DNA of 62,756 bases, filler included, from Hausera hauseri (lineage: Eukaryota): NCBI GenBank assembly GCA_046269625.1. It is 13 parts of 13 records of this genome, joined end to end, with 100 filler letters (N's around TTAATTAATTAA, not from the genome) between each part and the next. Parts side by side here need not be neighbours in the genome. Positions count along the whole stretch, not along the records: positions 1 to 4,362 come from JBJURY010617553.1; positions 4,463 to 9,615 come from JBJURY010320605.1; positions 9,716 to 14,089 come from JBJURY010611777.1; 10 more parts are not named here. One strand, given 5' to 3'. A program made the position numbers and the translations under genes. Under the pieces are notes generated by a model. The model made no database searches and was not told where the DNA came from. It saw nothing but the letters and a program-made list of their open reading frames with translations. Shown piece after piece: positions 1 through 13,454 of this stretch (within the stretch, counting starts at the first letter, position 1; each line of letters starts with the position of its first letter).

Positions 1-1139
1 TTTTAGAGTTAGAAAACACATGTTGGTCAATTAGGCAATTTTAGAAAATGCTTGCGAAATTGGAGCTAATGGAACATGTGCGAAATTTTAAAATGAAATT
101 TAACAAATTGGAGCTAATAGAACACGTGCAAATAAACACTGTCGAAATGCATATTGAAATTAAATATGATGATTAGTCAATAATGAAATTAATGCAAATG
201 ACGGTGAATAGCCGAATTTGAAAAATCAATTTGCTATATTGAAAACAACATTAGGCCCATATGACGAATAAAACGGATGATATATAAACCACCACATTAC
301 TTGTCGAACAACATTAACATTAACACTAACACATTTTACTCTTACTAACATTCAAGAAATTTTGTTACGAAGTGATCAACCTTAAACAGGTTAGATTCTG
401 CCTTTTGTTTATTGAATTTATTGGATGCAGAATTGAATTTAGCTAAAAGGAAAATAATCTTCAATTACAATTGGAAAGGAATTAGATAAAAGAAATCAGG
501 TAAAAGAAATCATACTGTCGTACTAACCTTTAATTGAACCTAGAAGTTGAATAAATCATTAGATTACTATATTATTGACTAATCGACACGATGAACGCTA
601 GAGGAAACACGAATACGCAATCAGGAAACAATTCTGAATTACATGGTAATTTAATTATGAATTGAATATTTTCAATTGGCCGCTTAAAAGTTTTTATTCT
701 TTTGTATAAATTTGTTTATCTAAATAAATGTTTATTTAATAAAATTATCGAGGAAGATCTTGTTTGGTATCTTCGAATATTCAGTACCGACGGATGCTCA
801 AAAATTGATAAAATATGACTCAAGAAGTTGTTATTTGTAAGCGATTCTGAATATTAAATGGATGATTAATATACACTGTTTGAAAAGATGTCGATCTGTC
901 CATAGAATGAAAGAGGATCCAGAATGACGAAAGGAAACCAAGTATATCTAAATTGTCTGAATTATGACTATGAAAACGCTCTGGCGTTACGTAAGAACTT
1001 ATAACACTCGGTTTTATAATTCATTAATTATTATGAGAGTAGATAATAATGAAGGGATTCACTTGGTTCGGAGTTAAACATAGAATCGAATTTATAATTT
1101 CAGATTTATAAATAGATGTAGATGAGTTTGGATCAGTAT

Positions 1140-2410
1140 AATGAAATATTATGTTGGAGAAAGATTGGCTGACAGTATTCTTCCTTAAAAGGATTCAATC
1201 TAATGAGGAAGACCTTGATTGGCAGTATTGAGAATTATATTCTGATACAAAGTTGAGATACGCATTTGAGGACAAATGAATCCGTTAAATATAACGCGTA
1301 AGTCATGGTGTCCGGTTGAAGTCTTGAATGATAGATGAATGAACAGTAAACGGAGATCGATGATACAGATGATGAAGAATATGATAAGTGTATGCGATAT
1401 CCATAGTTTGTTTGGAAATGGTATATACATATGAAAGAAGTATAATCAGATTATCTTTTAGTATTATAGAAATAGTAATTTTGATATACGAGAGTTGTTG
1501 TCACATGGATGTTAAATTTAAAAATTTTAAATTTATATGATTAATTGACCGTCTATAATCACCAATTTGAAGGAAAAATAAATGTAGTCAGAATATCAGT
1601 GATTTCTATTAATAGTGGAAACTGGGATATGAGGAATTAAATGATTACCCTATTTTGGTGTCGAATTTAGAGTATATCTTTATTTGAATAACCCTTTTAG
1701 ATGTACAATTTTAATTTTTCACAAAGATCCTCATATCAGAGAAATAATATAATTAATAAAGAGTAACTGAAAGACGATACGATAAAGGATTGTGCATATG
1801 TCAGATAATTCGTTGATAATGGTGTTTGTGGTTATACAAATAGGATTTTTATTCTTTAAATTGCGATTATTGCCACTTTGATCGTTCGTTATTATGGACT
1901 GGTTTTGATTGAGAGTTGCTGAAGAAATAAAATGAACTCTTACTAAGGGGGAATAAATTTCTTATATTAAGAAAGCTTTAACAGCAAGAATATGAGAAAA
2001 GAAGAAGAATATATAATTAGATAAGATATACGAACCAAACTACGTTAAACAAATGTATTAATATCGAAATATATATGGAATTTGGATCAAATATAAATAC
2101 TCACGCCGGAATCCCTTAGTTCTGTATGGAATAATAATTCAAAATATTAGGAATAAGAATACCTTGTCAATATCGTCTTTATCATAAGTCATTACGAAGG
2201 AACAACATGTTATATGATGAACCAAATAAACCATTGATTGTGAGATATAACATTGGATGAAAAAGATAACTGAATTTTTACTGGTGTATAGGTCAACAAG
2301 AAAATAAAATAGAGAATCACTATAAAATTTATGACGGTACAATTTAAAGTTTAGAATAACTCCAATACCCAAACAAGTATGGAAGAAAAATGGAGTAACA
2401 ACCGACATAT
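1140..2410 (-). mobile_element. Highly degraded non-LTR (CR1/L2-like) reverse-transcriptase remnant
   Basis: Broken minus-strand peptides DIDKVFLFL (RT 'D.IYLDF'-like), MDIAYTYHILHHL and QGLPH...NLFSNII resemble the LINE RT C-terminal 'DL...YKILH' and 'RGH...NFFSNR' motifs. Many stops. Confidence 0.3.
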
Positions 2411-3157
2411 CGGAATGTTGAACACATTGATTTAAAAAATCAATTCAAAATATAGGCGCAGATCATCTGACTTGATCGGACCGCCACCGAACGAACACGC
2501 GTTCAGGTTTTATATGTTGGAGAACAATGGGTATAACGAGTAAGAATCACACAATAGAAATAAGACATACTATGAATGGCATACGTATCACTTCATATGT
2601 CCAAGATGCAACAGTCGGATAACATGATTTCAAATTAATTTGGTTAAAATTACCAGAACATAGCTTAAGGAAAACATGATAAATAGGAATATTACATTTT
2701 TTACATGACGATACCCGCAACACGAAATTACCCAACACTTGTAAGTAATTGTTGTCTTAATAATCCTTTCCAATAATCTACTAATCCTATTTTTCCAGTT
2801 ACTTCTGTATTTGGTCTTGTTTCGTATTGTAATCGACGAAAAATTGTAATCTACATTCGGGATATATTCCTTTGAAATCAACTGTACCTGTTTGATATGT
2901 TGCTTGTGCATTCATAAATTTGATTTTTAAGTGTTTCGGTCTCCAATATTCATAAAATGTCATTAAATCATTTAATTGTTTTGTCTACATGTATGGTTGG
3001 AAATATTGTGATTTCAGTTCATGCCATTTCGTTAAGCCATTTTGAAATACGATGCTGAATGTCATGTTAATTGGAATTTTTATTGTTATTGTATCTTCAA
3101 AATTCATATTTCTTTGGATTTTCTAATTCTCCGCCTTCAATCACATCTGGTGGTATG

Positions 3158-3460
3158 CTATCTTCTTCTACCATGTTTTAAATGTTTTCTGCGTCTGCGT
3201 CGTCGTTTATATATTGATGATTTTGTTCGTTTTCGTATGATTACCTTTCGTTTTGAATCGTGTTCATCTGATGTGGGAACATGTGTCTGTAGTGTTATCT
3301 GTGTGTGTGTATTTGTTGTTTCTAATTGTTCCATTTGTTTTTTTATTGTTAAACCTATTGCTGTTCCTATTAGTGCACCTCCTGCAATACTTCCTGTTCC
3401 TGCTGCCAGTAATTTCTGTTTATTGATTGTTTTTGTTGGTCGTTCAGTAATTGGTTGCAT
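3158..3460 (-). CDS. Short orphan ORF: Gly/Ala-rich hydrophobic helix plus Arg-rich basic tail (possible virus-like structural protein fragment)
   Basis: LLAAGTGSIAGGALIGTAIGL...YKRRRRRRKHLKHGRRR. Lies in an A-rich coding-like minus-strand block (about 3000-4160). Confidence 0.3.
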   Translation of the reverse strand: MQPITERPTKTINKQKLLAAGTGSIAGGALIGTAIGLTIKKQMEQLETTNTHTQITLQTHVPTSDEHDSKRKVIIRKRTKSSIYKRRRRRRKHLKHGRRR

Positions 3461-4362
3461 TTCTATAGCTTCTTTTTCTCTGTATGATGTTTCTTTTCCT
3501 TTGGTTATTTTGCCGTTTCCTTGTTATTGGTTGTCCTTTGTCTAATTCTGACAATTGTTTTGGTTGTTCTGTTCTCAATTTACTTGATCCTGCTGTTAAT
3601 GATTCCTCTATATAAGCTGGATTTTTGTTCTGGTGGTGTTTTCTTTGGTGTAAAATTTTTTCGGTTGTGTTGGTGTTGTTGTTATTGCATTACTTCCGTG
3701 TGGTGTTATTCCTCCAGTTGATGTTCCTGGTTCGTTGTCCATTTTTAATATTTAAATTTCCAGTGGTATCTTTTGCATTAATACTATATTTAATGTTTTT
3801 GTCTCTCTTCTTGCTCCTCTGATGTATTTTTCCTGCGAGGTAGCCACAGTCACCAGCCTGAGCGTAAGCCCTTAGTCCCCATTCAACTATTTAAATGTCA
3901 GAGTTTGTTGCAATGCTTAAATGTCAGAGCAGGAATTTATAATAATTTATAAACCGTTTGTCGATTGCCATATCTGTTTTATCAGGATTCGGTGTTTCTA
4001 TGTATATTGGAGGTGGTTCTCGAATTATATGTTTGCGTAATTCATCTCTTGGAAGTGTATATTTCTTTGCGTATTTCTTAGGTATTTCAGTATTTAAATA
4101 ATTTAAAAAATATATAGTATCAGTATATAATGACGGACTCGCCTTCTGTAATTGGGTCACTGTCGTCTAATTCTGTCCAATTTCGCATATGCTCCTTTCT
4201 CTTCTCCCTTTCCCGCTCCTCCTCCTATTCATTGCTGTCTCTTTCTGTTCGGTACCACGCTGCAAAGCAACCTCCGAAATTTTCTGTACCACTTTAGGTT
4301 TCTCCCTACTTCCCACGCCTTTCATTTGTACACTTCACTCCTGCTCTAATCCATTTTTGCTG

Positions 4363-4462
4363 NNNNNNNNNNNNNNNNNNNNNNNNNNNNNNNNNNNNNN
4401 NNNNNNTTAATTAATTAANNNNNNNNNNNNNNNNNNNNNNNNNNNNNNNNNNNNNNNNNNNN
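4363..4462. other. Artificial contig-joining linker (N44-TTAATTAATTAA-N44); first of 12
   Basis: Identical 100-bp spacer with stops in all six frames at 4363-4462, 9616-9715, 14090-14189, 18690-18789, 23449-23548, 29319-29418, 35002-35101, 39867-39966, 43929-44028, 48598-48697, 53692-53791, 58364-58463. Plain scaffold gaps at 12351-12360, 21401-21410, 38573-38672. Confidence 0.98.
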
Positions 4463-4539
4463 GTGTAATAGATATCTACTAGATTTCTATGTATGAAGAC
4501 TACATCTAAATGGAGGAACAACTTAAATTCTTCTTTATG
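4463..4539. repeat. 77-bp exact terminal direct repeat, left copy
   Basis: GTGTAATAGATATCTACT...TTCTTTATG, identical to 9539-9615. Confidence 0.97.
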
Positions 4540-5213
4540 GTTCTTAGGAAAGTGGAAATATTGTGATGATCGTAAGAAATGTGGAAATTGACTGCAGCTA
4601 ATTTTAAAGCAGTGCTTCTGATAAGAGAGTTTAAAACGGGAAATTAATAAATTGTATATGAAATATTTAAAATTTATATTTTAATCAAATTGGTATTAAT
4701 TTTTCATCTGTATTTATTTATATAAATTACTACAATTAATTTAGATTTCAACTTCAGATATACATTTTAATTCAAATATAATAATAAACATTAACAAGAT
4801 TTTCTGTATCATATTTGTGTGAAAGATAGGAAAGTTAATTTTGTAATATATTATATAGCGACTAAAATTACTGTAAATGACAGATAGAATAAAATATTTG
4901 TAAATGTTGTATTGGATCAGAGGAAAACATTTATTTGGGTAATGCAAGCAATGCGGAATAAGTCCAACATTATAAATTACATTATGAGTTAAATAAAATT
5001 AAAACAACCGCAAAAATCTGTTATCAAGTATTATTTATAATTATTCTGATTGATATTTTAAAACAATTTTATATCGGTAACTAAACTGTTAACATTCATG
5101 TATTACTTATCGCGCCAATTAAAAGAAAAAATCTAAATAACAAATTAATTCATTTATTAATTATATACAAACAACTATTCGTAGTCTACAACTAATCAAA
5201 AAGAACATGATAA

Positions 5214-6302
5214 TTAATCTTCCAAAAGTGTTGTTCTGATTATGCGTTCGATAACTTCATATGGGTCACAGTTCGAAGCCGGTCTACGATCTTCGAAATA
5301 TCCATAACCATCCTTAGCAACTTGTTGAGGAATTCTGATCGAAGCTCCACGTTTTCCAACTCCCCATGAAAAATCCTCAAATTTACTAGTTTCATGTAAA
5401 CCAGTCAAACGACGTTTGTTGTCTTCTCCATGTTTTGGATCGTAACAAAGCATGTGTTCTTTATGGTTATTAGAGAGTTTCTCTATTGCATATAGAATGT
5501 GTTTCATTCCACCAGGTTCTCTCATTTCAAGTGTTGAGTAATTTGTATGAGCACCAGAACCATTCCAATTACCAGAAATTGGTTTCGGATCAAATGTAAC
5601 AATCACATTATAATACCAAGCAATTTTATGCAGAAGATATCGAGCCATCCATAAGTGATCACCAACTTCAATGCCTTCACATATTCCAATTTGAAATTCC
5701 CATTGGGATGGTAAAACTTCAGCGTTTGTTCCTGAAATATTTATTCCTGCGTAGATGCAAGCGTCATAATGTGCATCAACAATATCTAACCCAACAACTT
5801 TGTCTGCACCAACTCCGCAGTAATATGGTCCTTGAGCATCAGGATAACCATCTTTAGGCCAGCCTAACGGACGTTTGTCCCTGTCTAAAAATACATATTC
5901 TTGCTCAATTCCAAACCATGGACGATGAACTGATGCTTTTTCCATTGCCTCGTTACATGAATATCGGAGATTAGTTTTGATTGGCTTCTCATCATTTGAA
6001 AGTGTTTCGCATAGAACCAATTTATGTTTACCTGGTTTAAAAGGATCCTTAAATAGAGCAACCGGTTTTAGTAGGACTTCTGAGTCACTTTCATGTGCTT
6101 GTCCAGTTGAACTACCATCAAAATTCCAAATAGGAACATCGGACGGTTTGACTGGTTCGAAATTTAAAGTCCTTGTTTTCTCACGTAAATTTTCGCCTGT
6201 TCCATCTATCCATACATATGTAACTTTGATTTTATCATCCGATTGAGGAAATGCCAAACGTCTAACTTTTGGTAATTCATTTTCGTTTAGTCTATTGAAC
6301 AT
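5214..6302 (-). CDS. GLUL: Glutamine synthetase type II, intact and intronless (362 aa)
   Basis: Motifs YVWIDGTG, WNFDGSSTGQA, PWFGIEQEY, QGPYYCGVG, NAEVLPSQWEFQIG, FDPKPISGNWNGSGAHTNYST, RLTGLHET, RGASIRIP, GYFEDRRPASNCDPY. Confidence 0.97.
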   Translation of the reverse strand: MFNRLNENELPKVRRLAFPQSDDKIKVTYVWIDGTGENLREKTRTLNFEPVKPSDVPIWNFDGSSTGQAHESDSEVLLKPVALFKDPFKPGKHKLVLCETLSNDEKPIKTNLRYSCNEAMEKASVHRPWFGIEQEYVFLDRDKRPLGWPKDGYPDAQGPYYCGVGADKVVGLDIVDAHYDACIYAGINISGTNAEVLPSQWEFQIGICEGIEVGDHLWMARYLLHKIAWYYNVIVTFDPKPISGNWNGSGAHTNYSTLEMREPGGMKHILYAIEKLSNNHKEHMLCYDPKHGEDNKRRLTGLHETSKFEDFSWGVGKRGASIRIPQQVAKDGYGYFEDRRPASNCDPYEVIERIIRTTLLED

Positions 6303-9300
6303 TTTTCACAAATTTAAGTTAAAGATATCTTTGATTTTAAGTTAAATGATTTTAATTTATCTGAATTTTATATTTATTTGAAATTACATTGGATGTTTTA
6401 TATTATTTAATAATTTTATCTTAAATTGATTTAAATTTTTATCAAATTAAAATATTATATTACTAATGTCAAAAAATTCTGTTTATTATTAAGTTTATTA
6501 TGTAATTTGCTTCTTAATTCTAATGCTAGTTTGGTCGCATGTTACATTTAATATTTTAATTGAGCTTTGTTTTATATTTCAGTCTATGGTTGTAGACGAA
6601 ACTTCTGGAATAATCAAAATTTTTCAATGACCACTTATGTAATCCTCTTAGTATACAATTTATATACTTTATATTTAATTTTTTATACGTTATTTAATAA
6701 ATTTATGTTTTCATTTAAACGTTAGTCATTATTTTGATTACAATTTTTAGTCTAAATGGGTCATTATTTCTTTTGCTAAGGTAGTGGACGGAACAGACAG
6801 TTCGTTTGGCTCAGTTATATAGAATCGAGAAAAAAGAAAAAAGAAATAAATAAAATAGAATAACAAATAATAATAAATTAATTAAGAAATAATCAATCGT
6901 CTCTATCGACAAGCCCAAGAAATAAATAACGACGGAAAATGACGATATAGAGCAAAATTATTCCAAATCACCCAATCGTCAAAACCACATAAGAATATTC
7001 TTTTTTAAAATTTTCTATTTTTCTGGTTTTGCTTATTCGAATAAAAGTAAAGGAATTTAGTTAATTTGTGACGTGGAAAAGATGAAATTTTAGTGAGATT
7101 TTGAAACGTTACATGACGGATATTAGTGAAGAAGAGATTCTTGATACTGAAAATGGTTGTTGAACTTTTAGAAAGAGAAGTTAATTTTTCTGAGAGAGTA
7201 AAGAACATTGTTGAAGGTAAAGTCCGTCGATAAATTGTAAATGTTAAAGATTTACGTGAGAAATACAAAGGCAGAAAAAAGAAGTTGTTAAATAACAGTT
7301 TTGTTGAAGTCTACATTGCATGTCAAAATACATTGGAAAGAAACATAGCAAACGTAAATCTAGAATATGGAAATAAATTGGTAAAATTGCTTTTTGAAGT
7401 TGAAAGAAGTATTGGTGGAGAAGAAAGTTACGAGGAATTGATATTCATAATGCCGTGATCTAGAGATGGTTTTGTGAGAGGCGATTGTGAAATGTTGAAA
7501 TTTGTTGGATGAGTGTCTCAGGTGACAAATCTCATCTACGTTGAAGTTGAGGTGATATCGAATGACGTGAGGTAAGAGGGCTCTTCTTCAATGATCAGTG
7601 AATAGTTGATCATTGTAGTGCGGTTGTTGAAGAATAGCGTTAGGGTGGTTATTACAATATGGAAATTGAGACAATTATGTTACCATAAGGTTGTTATCAA
7701 TGTATTTGCTTTTAAAATTTCTGGTGACGGTGTAACGATATTGATGACTACCGGTACCGACGAATTTGAGACGCAGACGATAATTGGTGTTGATAAAATG
7801 GATTCCACGGAACATCCATCTAATAAAACCAGCTTTACCTAAAATTAAAATGGAGTGTGATCATATTTGAAGAAAGTTGGTTACATTCCAGATGTCGTAA
7901 CATTTTCATTAATTACCGGTTGGAACAGAAATAACATAAATATTGCAAGTTCTTGTTTGAGGCATTTTGGGATTGAATAAAAACTTAATAATAAATATTA
8001 CTGTTTGTTTCTTTTGAAGTTTGGAGGAGCAACGATTTTATAAGGGCCAGAAATTTGCGAAAGATGAATTCCATAAACAATGTTGGAATTCAACAAGCAA
8101 TATATTAAAGTTTATTTCCTATCATAATGGACTCTAGGCAAATTTGTTTAATCTTATTGATTACTTGTAAATGGGAATTTAAAATAAAATATACTTCTAT
8201 GCTTTATCTTTGGTTTTAGTTTTCCACATCTGCCTTTTTATTGGTCAATAAATTATTTGCTAGTTATTTGTAATTTATGTATTTATAAATTTGTTAAATT
8301 CAACGTTATTGTTAGTGCAAAAATGAAAGTGAATAAAATTTATTGAAATATTAAAAATTTGAAATTGAACACCGAACCAAAAAACTCTAAGTTTATCAAA
8401 TTTCACCACTGTAATTAACTGTAATTCAGCCATTTCTCAGGAAAGTAAAGTAAACGTTAACAAACAGGAAAATATAAAAATTATTGACCTTTCATTTGAC
8501 ATTTTCCATAGGTTTCTATGGGATTCAAATAAGGTGAATGCAACGGATGTTCAAACAGTTGACCATCACTATATTTTGTAGTAATGTAAATGAACTGTTA
8601 CTCGCCGATATAAACTGATATATCTTTCGTTCATTGAAAACTTAATCTAGTTACACAAAGAATTAATGCAAATATAAGCATCCATTATATTTAATATTAA
8701 TTCGGTGATGTTCGATGCTACTGACATTATAGCAGAAATTTCGCATTTGATTTCTTTTTCAAATGTCACAAAGTTATACGTTTCTACATATCAAAAAAGT
8801 TATTCGATACTTGCTCATTATCCTCACAAAAATGAATTACCAGAATAATGCAATTGATTCATTAGGATAAATTTTGCCAACAGAAGTAATTTTTGAATAT
8901 TACAATAGTTGATATTAATTTAATATAATATTTTGTATATTTGAGGTATTATTTTACATTAATCATTTTATTTGACTCCAATTCACGCCGTATACTCACT
9001 TTCTATTTTGATATAAAGTATATGCATTTACAAAAATTGAAAATTCTGTTTGTAAAATTTACATTATATCAAGCTTTTCTTTAAAACATCATTATCTTCA
9101 ACATATTATATGTTCGATTAACATATTCTATAAATATGTCATACTCTCAATTACTCATAACTTTTTTCTTTTCCGTTTGATTTCAACTCTTTAAGATTAG
9201 GAATACAACTGAAATGCAGGTGACTTGGAGTATAGATAAAAATAAAATTTAATAATGAATTTTAAAGTTAAATATTATAATGGTGAAACAGTACAAAATT

Positions 9301-9538
9301 AAATTTTAGAATATTTTGAATGCATACCATTTATAATGTATTGCTAAATCAAATATACATTAAATATTGTTTGTTGTTTTAGTTATGTATAATTTATGTA
9401 TATATTTAATACAGTTTATTAGCATTTTTAAAGATTCATAGTTTTTAATGTGTACGATAAATAATGTCACATGATATGGACATTTTAAAAATGAAGAGTA
9501 GAAAGCAATATTGGTTCGTGTGGAATTATCAATAATCT

Positions 9539-9615
9539 GTGTAATAGATATCTACTAGATTTCTATGTATGAAGACTACATCTAAATGGAGGAACAACTT
9601 AAATTCTTCTTTATG
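9539..9615. repeat. 77-bp exact terminal direct repeat, right copy
   Basis: Identical to 4463-4539. Confidence 0.97.
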
Positions 9616-9715
9616 NNNNNNNNNNNNNNNNNNNNNNNNNNNNNNNNNNNNNNNNNNNNTTAATTAATTAANNNNNNNNNNNNNNNNNNNNNNNNNNNNN
9701 NNNNNNNNNNNNNNN

Positions 9716-9830
9716 ATGGGCGAACTCCCATGACCCCTCGAGGACCCTAGTGAGGGTAAATAGCTGGTCTAGTCTTACACGAATAGGACAGAACCCACAT
9801 TGTTCCATCTGAATCTGAGGATTGCACATC
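9716..9830 (-). mobile_element. RTE-clade LINE reverse-transcriptase fragment
   Basis: Translates NPQIQMEQCGFCPIRVRLDQLFTLTRVLEGSWEFAH, matching the RTE 'EQCGFRPGRG..DQLFTL....EGSWEF' motif. Confidence 0.7.
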
Positions 9831-10691
9831 ATACAGTTTCATTGTATTAAATCTAATGTAATTCAGTCTAAATGGTTTATTTAAAAACAGAAATGTCAAC
9901 TTTTATGTGTGCTGCTTGAATAATCCCCTATATTGCTGCAAAAATAATTGCGATATTACAACATAATTTATTTAAGACACTACGTTTATATGAGCTGCCC
10001 AAAACTCCCAAATTTGCCTCCGGACTTTCTAAATCACAAAGACTAAACTGAGAGGGGTTCCAGACATCTGTGACCACTCTGGTTGTTTTAACACAAAATT
10101 TCTCTGGCAAAGTTTCATGGTTGAGTTCAAAATTCTCGCAACATGAAAGCGAGGCCCTGAAACACACTGAAGCATTGAGCCTGATGGGGTTTATTTCGAT
10201 TTCCTGAAATCTGCAAAGTTTATTTTAAGCTTAAGTTATAGATTCTCGGATTAAAATCCGAAGTTTCCTGGACATGTAAGGACGTCAGTATTATGCACTA
10301 TTAGCCAATATTTGATGCTGAAGAAAGAATTTTTCTTCAGTGATATTTTGATATACATTGGAATTGATGGTGATACGATTTGAAACACAATACAAGCAAC
10401 ATCTTCCATGGCTACTGAAGCAATCGTAAATCATAATGTTTTCCGCCTTTATGACTATTGGATTGGTGTGCCTAACATCATAACGTTTGTGTACTGGATA
10501 TTATGTTACAAGAGATACACAGTAGGACATATCGCTGTTTGTCGTACAGTAAAACATTATAATCATCGTAAGTCCTGCGAATAAACTGTTTTTCAAAATT
10601 ATCACCTACTTTAAACGTATGTACAATTTAACAGTGGCTTCTTTCATGGACATGTTTCCATTTGTCTTAACATTTTTGGTATGATAAGCAA

Positions 10692-13454
10692 TAGGGCGGG
10701 CGAAAATATTGGCATATGCTAGTTATGCTTTCAAATGTTGCTTCAATGCTTTGTCAATATTGGGAAAAAATTTTGAGTTTTGAAACATGCTGGAGTATCC
10801 CACCCTTTACTGAAAACTTACATTCCTTTAGATTTACTAGTTTTCATTTACATGCATGACCTGGACTACTAGCACTGCCAAAGCATTCTAGCACATACAC
10901 ATTTACATACACAATTCACAGTAATTAATGTATGAAGTCTTTTTGATGCAGATGGTACATTTTAATAAATTTACAGTTGGAAACAAAATTAATACCAGTT
11001 TCATAAGGAAATAGATTTAAGCTTCAAATTGCCATATTTGGTTTCCTCAAATCTGCTGTGTTTGATCATTTTTGATTGTCTAAATTTACTTTTACCAACT
11101 AGATATCAATAATGTCAGTTGTTTCAAAAGTTTGTACAAAGAAGGATACGTCAAACTCTGCGTTTGATCAGCCTGAGATATCATCTGGTCATCAGTTGCC
11201 AATTAAACTTAACGTGTTTAAGTGTTACATGTGGTATCGTCATCATATAATGTTACGATAACAAGATTATTAGTTCGTTTGATATAATAAAGCAAGTTGT
11301 TGAAGATATAAGTATTTGGAACCAAGCAAGTATTCCAACCATAGCTCATAAAAGCATTCTGAACAGTCTGAAGAGAGTTGTGCAGAAAGGTAAAGACTCG
11401 AAAGTACTCAAATTCGAGGAAAATTTTCCAATTGTTTCAAGCGGAAGAAAGAAGCTTTATTGAACTTTTTGACATCTGTTCTTGCAAATGTGTTAGCACA
11501 AGAATACGTGATCGGTTGCATTGCAAGTGCAAGTTTAAGGTTCCTGCAATAGAATGGGAACTTTGGTTGGATCAGAAACGTGGACGGAGAAGGATTGAAA
11601 GAAAATATAGATTGGAGGATCTTCTGACAGTGAACCACAAAGTGATGCAGTTGAAGGTGCATCCAGTAATCCTTTGTGACTTGGTGATAAGTTTTGATGA
11701 AACTAAAAATAACAGCCTTGATTACACATCTAACACTGAACCGGTGCTTAATGCTCAAAATAGAAATCAATATCCAGAGCTTTGTCAAATGATGGAGAGA
11801 ACAGACGTAAGTAATCGGGACGCTTATAAATTAATTAATACCTACTTACTGTACATAGGACTTAACAATCCAGAAAACCTGTTAGAATCGACGAAACTAA
11901 GGAGACAACGAAATCTAATCAGAAACAAAGAGGTCGCCGCAAAACTTACTAACCAGTGTAGATTGACTTGTATTGGATTTGATGGAAGAGTAAACGATAC
12001 CAGGTTGTTGGTGTCTGAAAGCCTTCAGCGAACCAAGAAAGAGGAACACTACGTGATGGTGTCATTTTCTAAGGGAGAGTATGTTGACCACGTTTCTCCG
12101 CAAAGTGGAGGATCAGAGGACATTGCAAAAGAGATCATGTCCGTTTTACATAGCATTGCATCAGTAAACAGTTTGTGGGAAGTAACATCTGATAGCACAA
12201 ACGTTAACAGTTGTGAGCACAATGGTGTTACCAGGCTGCTAGAACAAAGTCTCAACCATCCAGTACAGTGGCTCGTATGCATGCTGCACTTGAATGAACT
12301 TCCATTCCGAGAAGTATTCAAGGTCATTTATGAATGCACAGCAGGACCGCNNNNNNNNNNATGATTCCATTGGAAGCTGTCTAAATTTCGATCCATGTGC
12401 ATTGCCTATTGTTGCCATCTCTCCTGTTGAAGGCAAGACAAGAGATATACCACTGGACATCAATCAATATTTAAGTGAATATTAGCTCTACATGTTACGA
12501 GCTTGTTTAGCAGTTCAACAAGGCTACAGCTGTGCTGATCCTGATGACATCAAATTTCTGAATACAGCTTCACCTGGTCTTCTGTGTCATTCCAGATGGT
12601 TTACTTTGGCAGAGTACTGCGCTTATTTATGGGCTCAATAAATCTATCAGCTGAATTAATTAAGTTGATGGAGCTCGAAATTTCTTCTTCATTCACGAAA
12701 GATAAAGAAACCTGTCTGATGAAACTATGACTACAACTGTCAGAAACTCGTTGAAATGTAAAAGTCACCTCTTCTCTGGTATCTGATAGATGAAGACATA
12801 CTTGTCAAACAAAAAGCCGTTCAGACAGTTATTTCAGCAATGAAAGCACAGCTTGCAGATTGTATTAGGAAATTCTCTAAAACCAATAGTATACTGAACT
12901 TTGATGAAGATCACTATTACTCAGTTATTGACTGGTCCACTTCAACAATCACTCCATCATCCATTCATCATTCTCTCTCTGTGATGAGGAATTACGGAGA
13001 ATGTCTGAGTATGGTCCAGTGGAAGTGTCCAACTATCCATACCACACACAAGCCGTTGAAAAGGCTATTAAAGAGGTCTATCGTGCATTGGCAACGGTTT
13101 ATGGTCACAGTTTTCGGCACAGTTTGATTGCTTCGGCGGAAGCATTACGTCAAAAGAGGCCAAATTGGACGGCAAATGGTCATTTACTGCAACTTGCTGA
13201 AGTCTGTTTTCTGTAATTTAATTCGGCTCATTTCACATAACCTCATCCCACCATTATCATGCTTGACTATTAATGTGTGCGCTTGTCATCTTCTTTTGTT
13301 ACTTGCAAAATTCTTTGCTTGTGTACGGTTGTGGTGGTATCCTATGTTAAGGTGTGATTTCACTGAAATTTTAAGAATATACGTTAATATGGAGCAACTT
13401 TTCGTAACACAGCCCATAAAGGTTTTAATAAAAATAAAATGTCGTTCTGCCCTA
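10692..13454 (+). mobile_element. Decayed hAT-related (hATm-like) DNA transposon; transposase pseudogene about 11112-13216
   Basis: Motifs FDICSCKC, KVP..EW..W.DQ, IGFDGR..DT, EEHYVMV, SD.T.VN...NGV, QWLVCMLHLNELPFR, HSRWFTLA, YHTQAVEKAIK, with frameshifts. Candidate imperfect TIRs TAGGGCGGGCGA (10692) and TCGTTCTGCCCTA (ends 13454). No TSD found. Confidence 0.75.

Noticed and set aside
3840-3885. GDCG motif suggesting a picornaviral 3C protease
   Set aside because: Isolated 4-residue match with no surrounding protease or polyprotein context.
6900-8110. A replication or second gene on the GS-bearing unit
   Set aside because: Only short broken frames, possibly LINE debris. No Rep, integrase or other recognisable protein, so an autonomous plasmid or virus is not supported.
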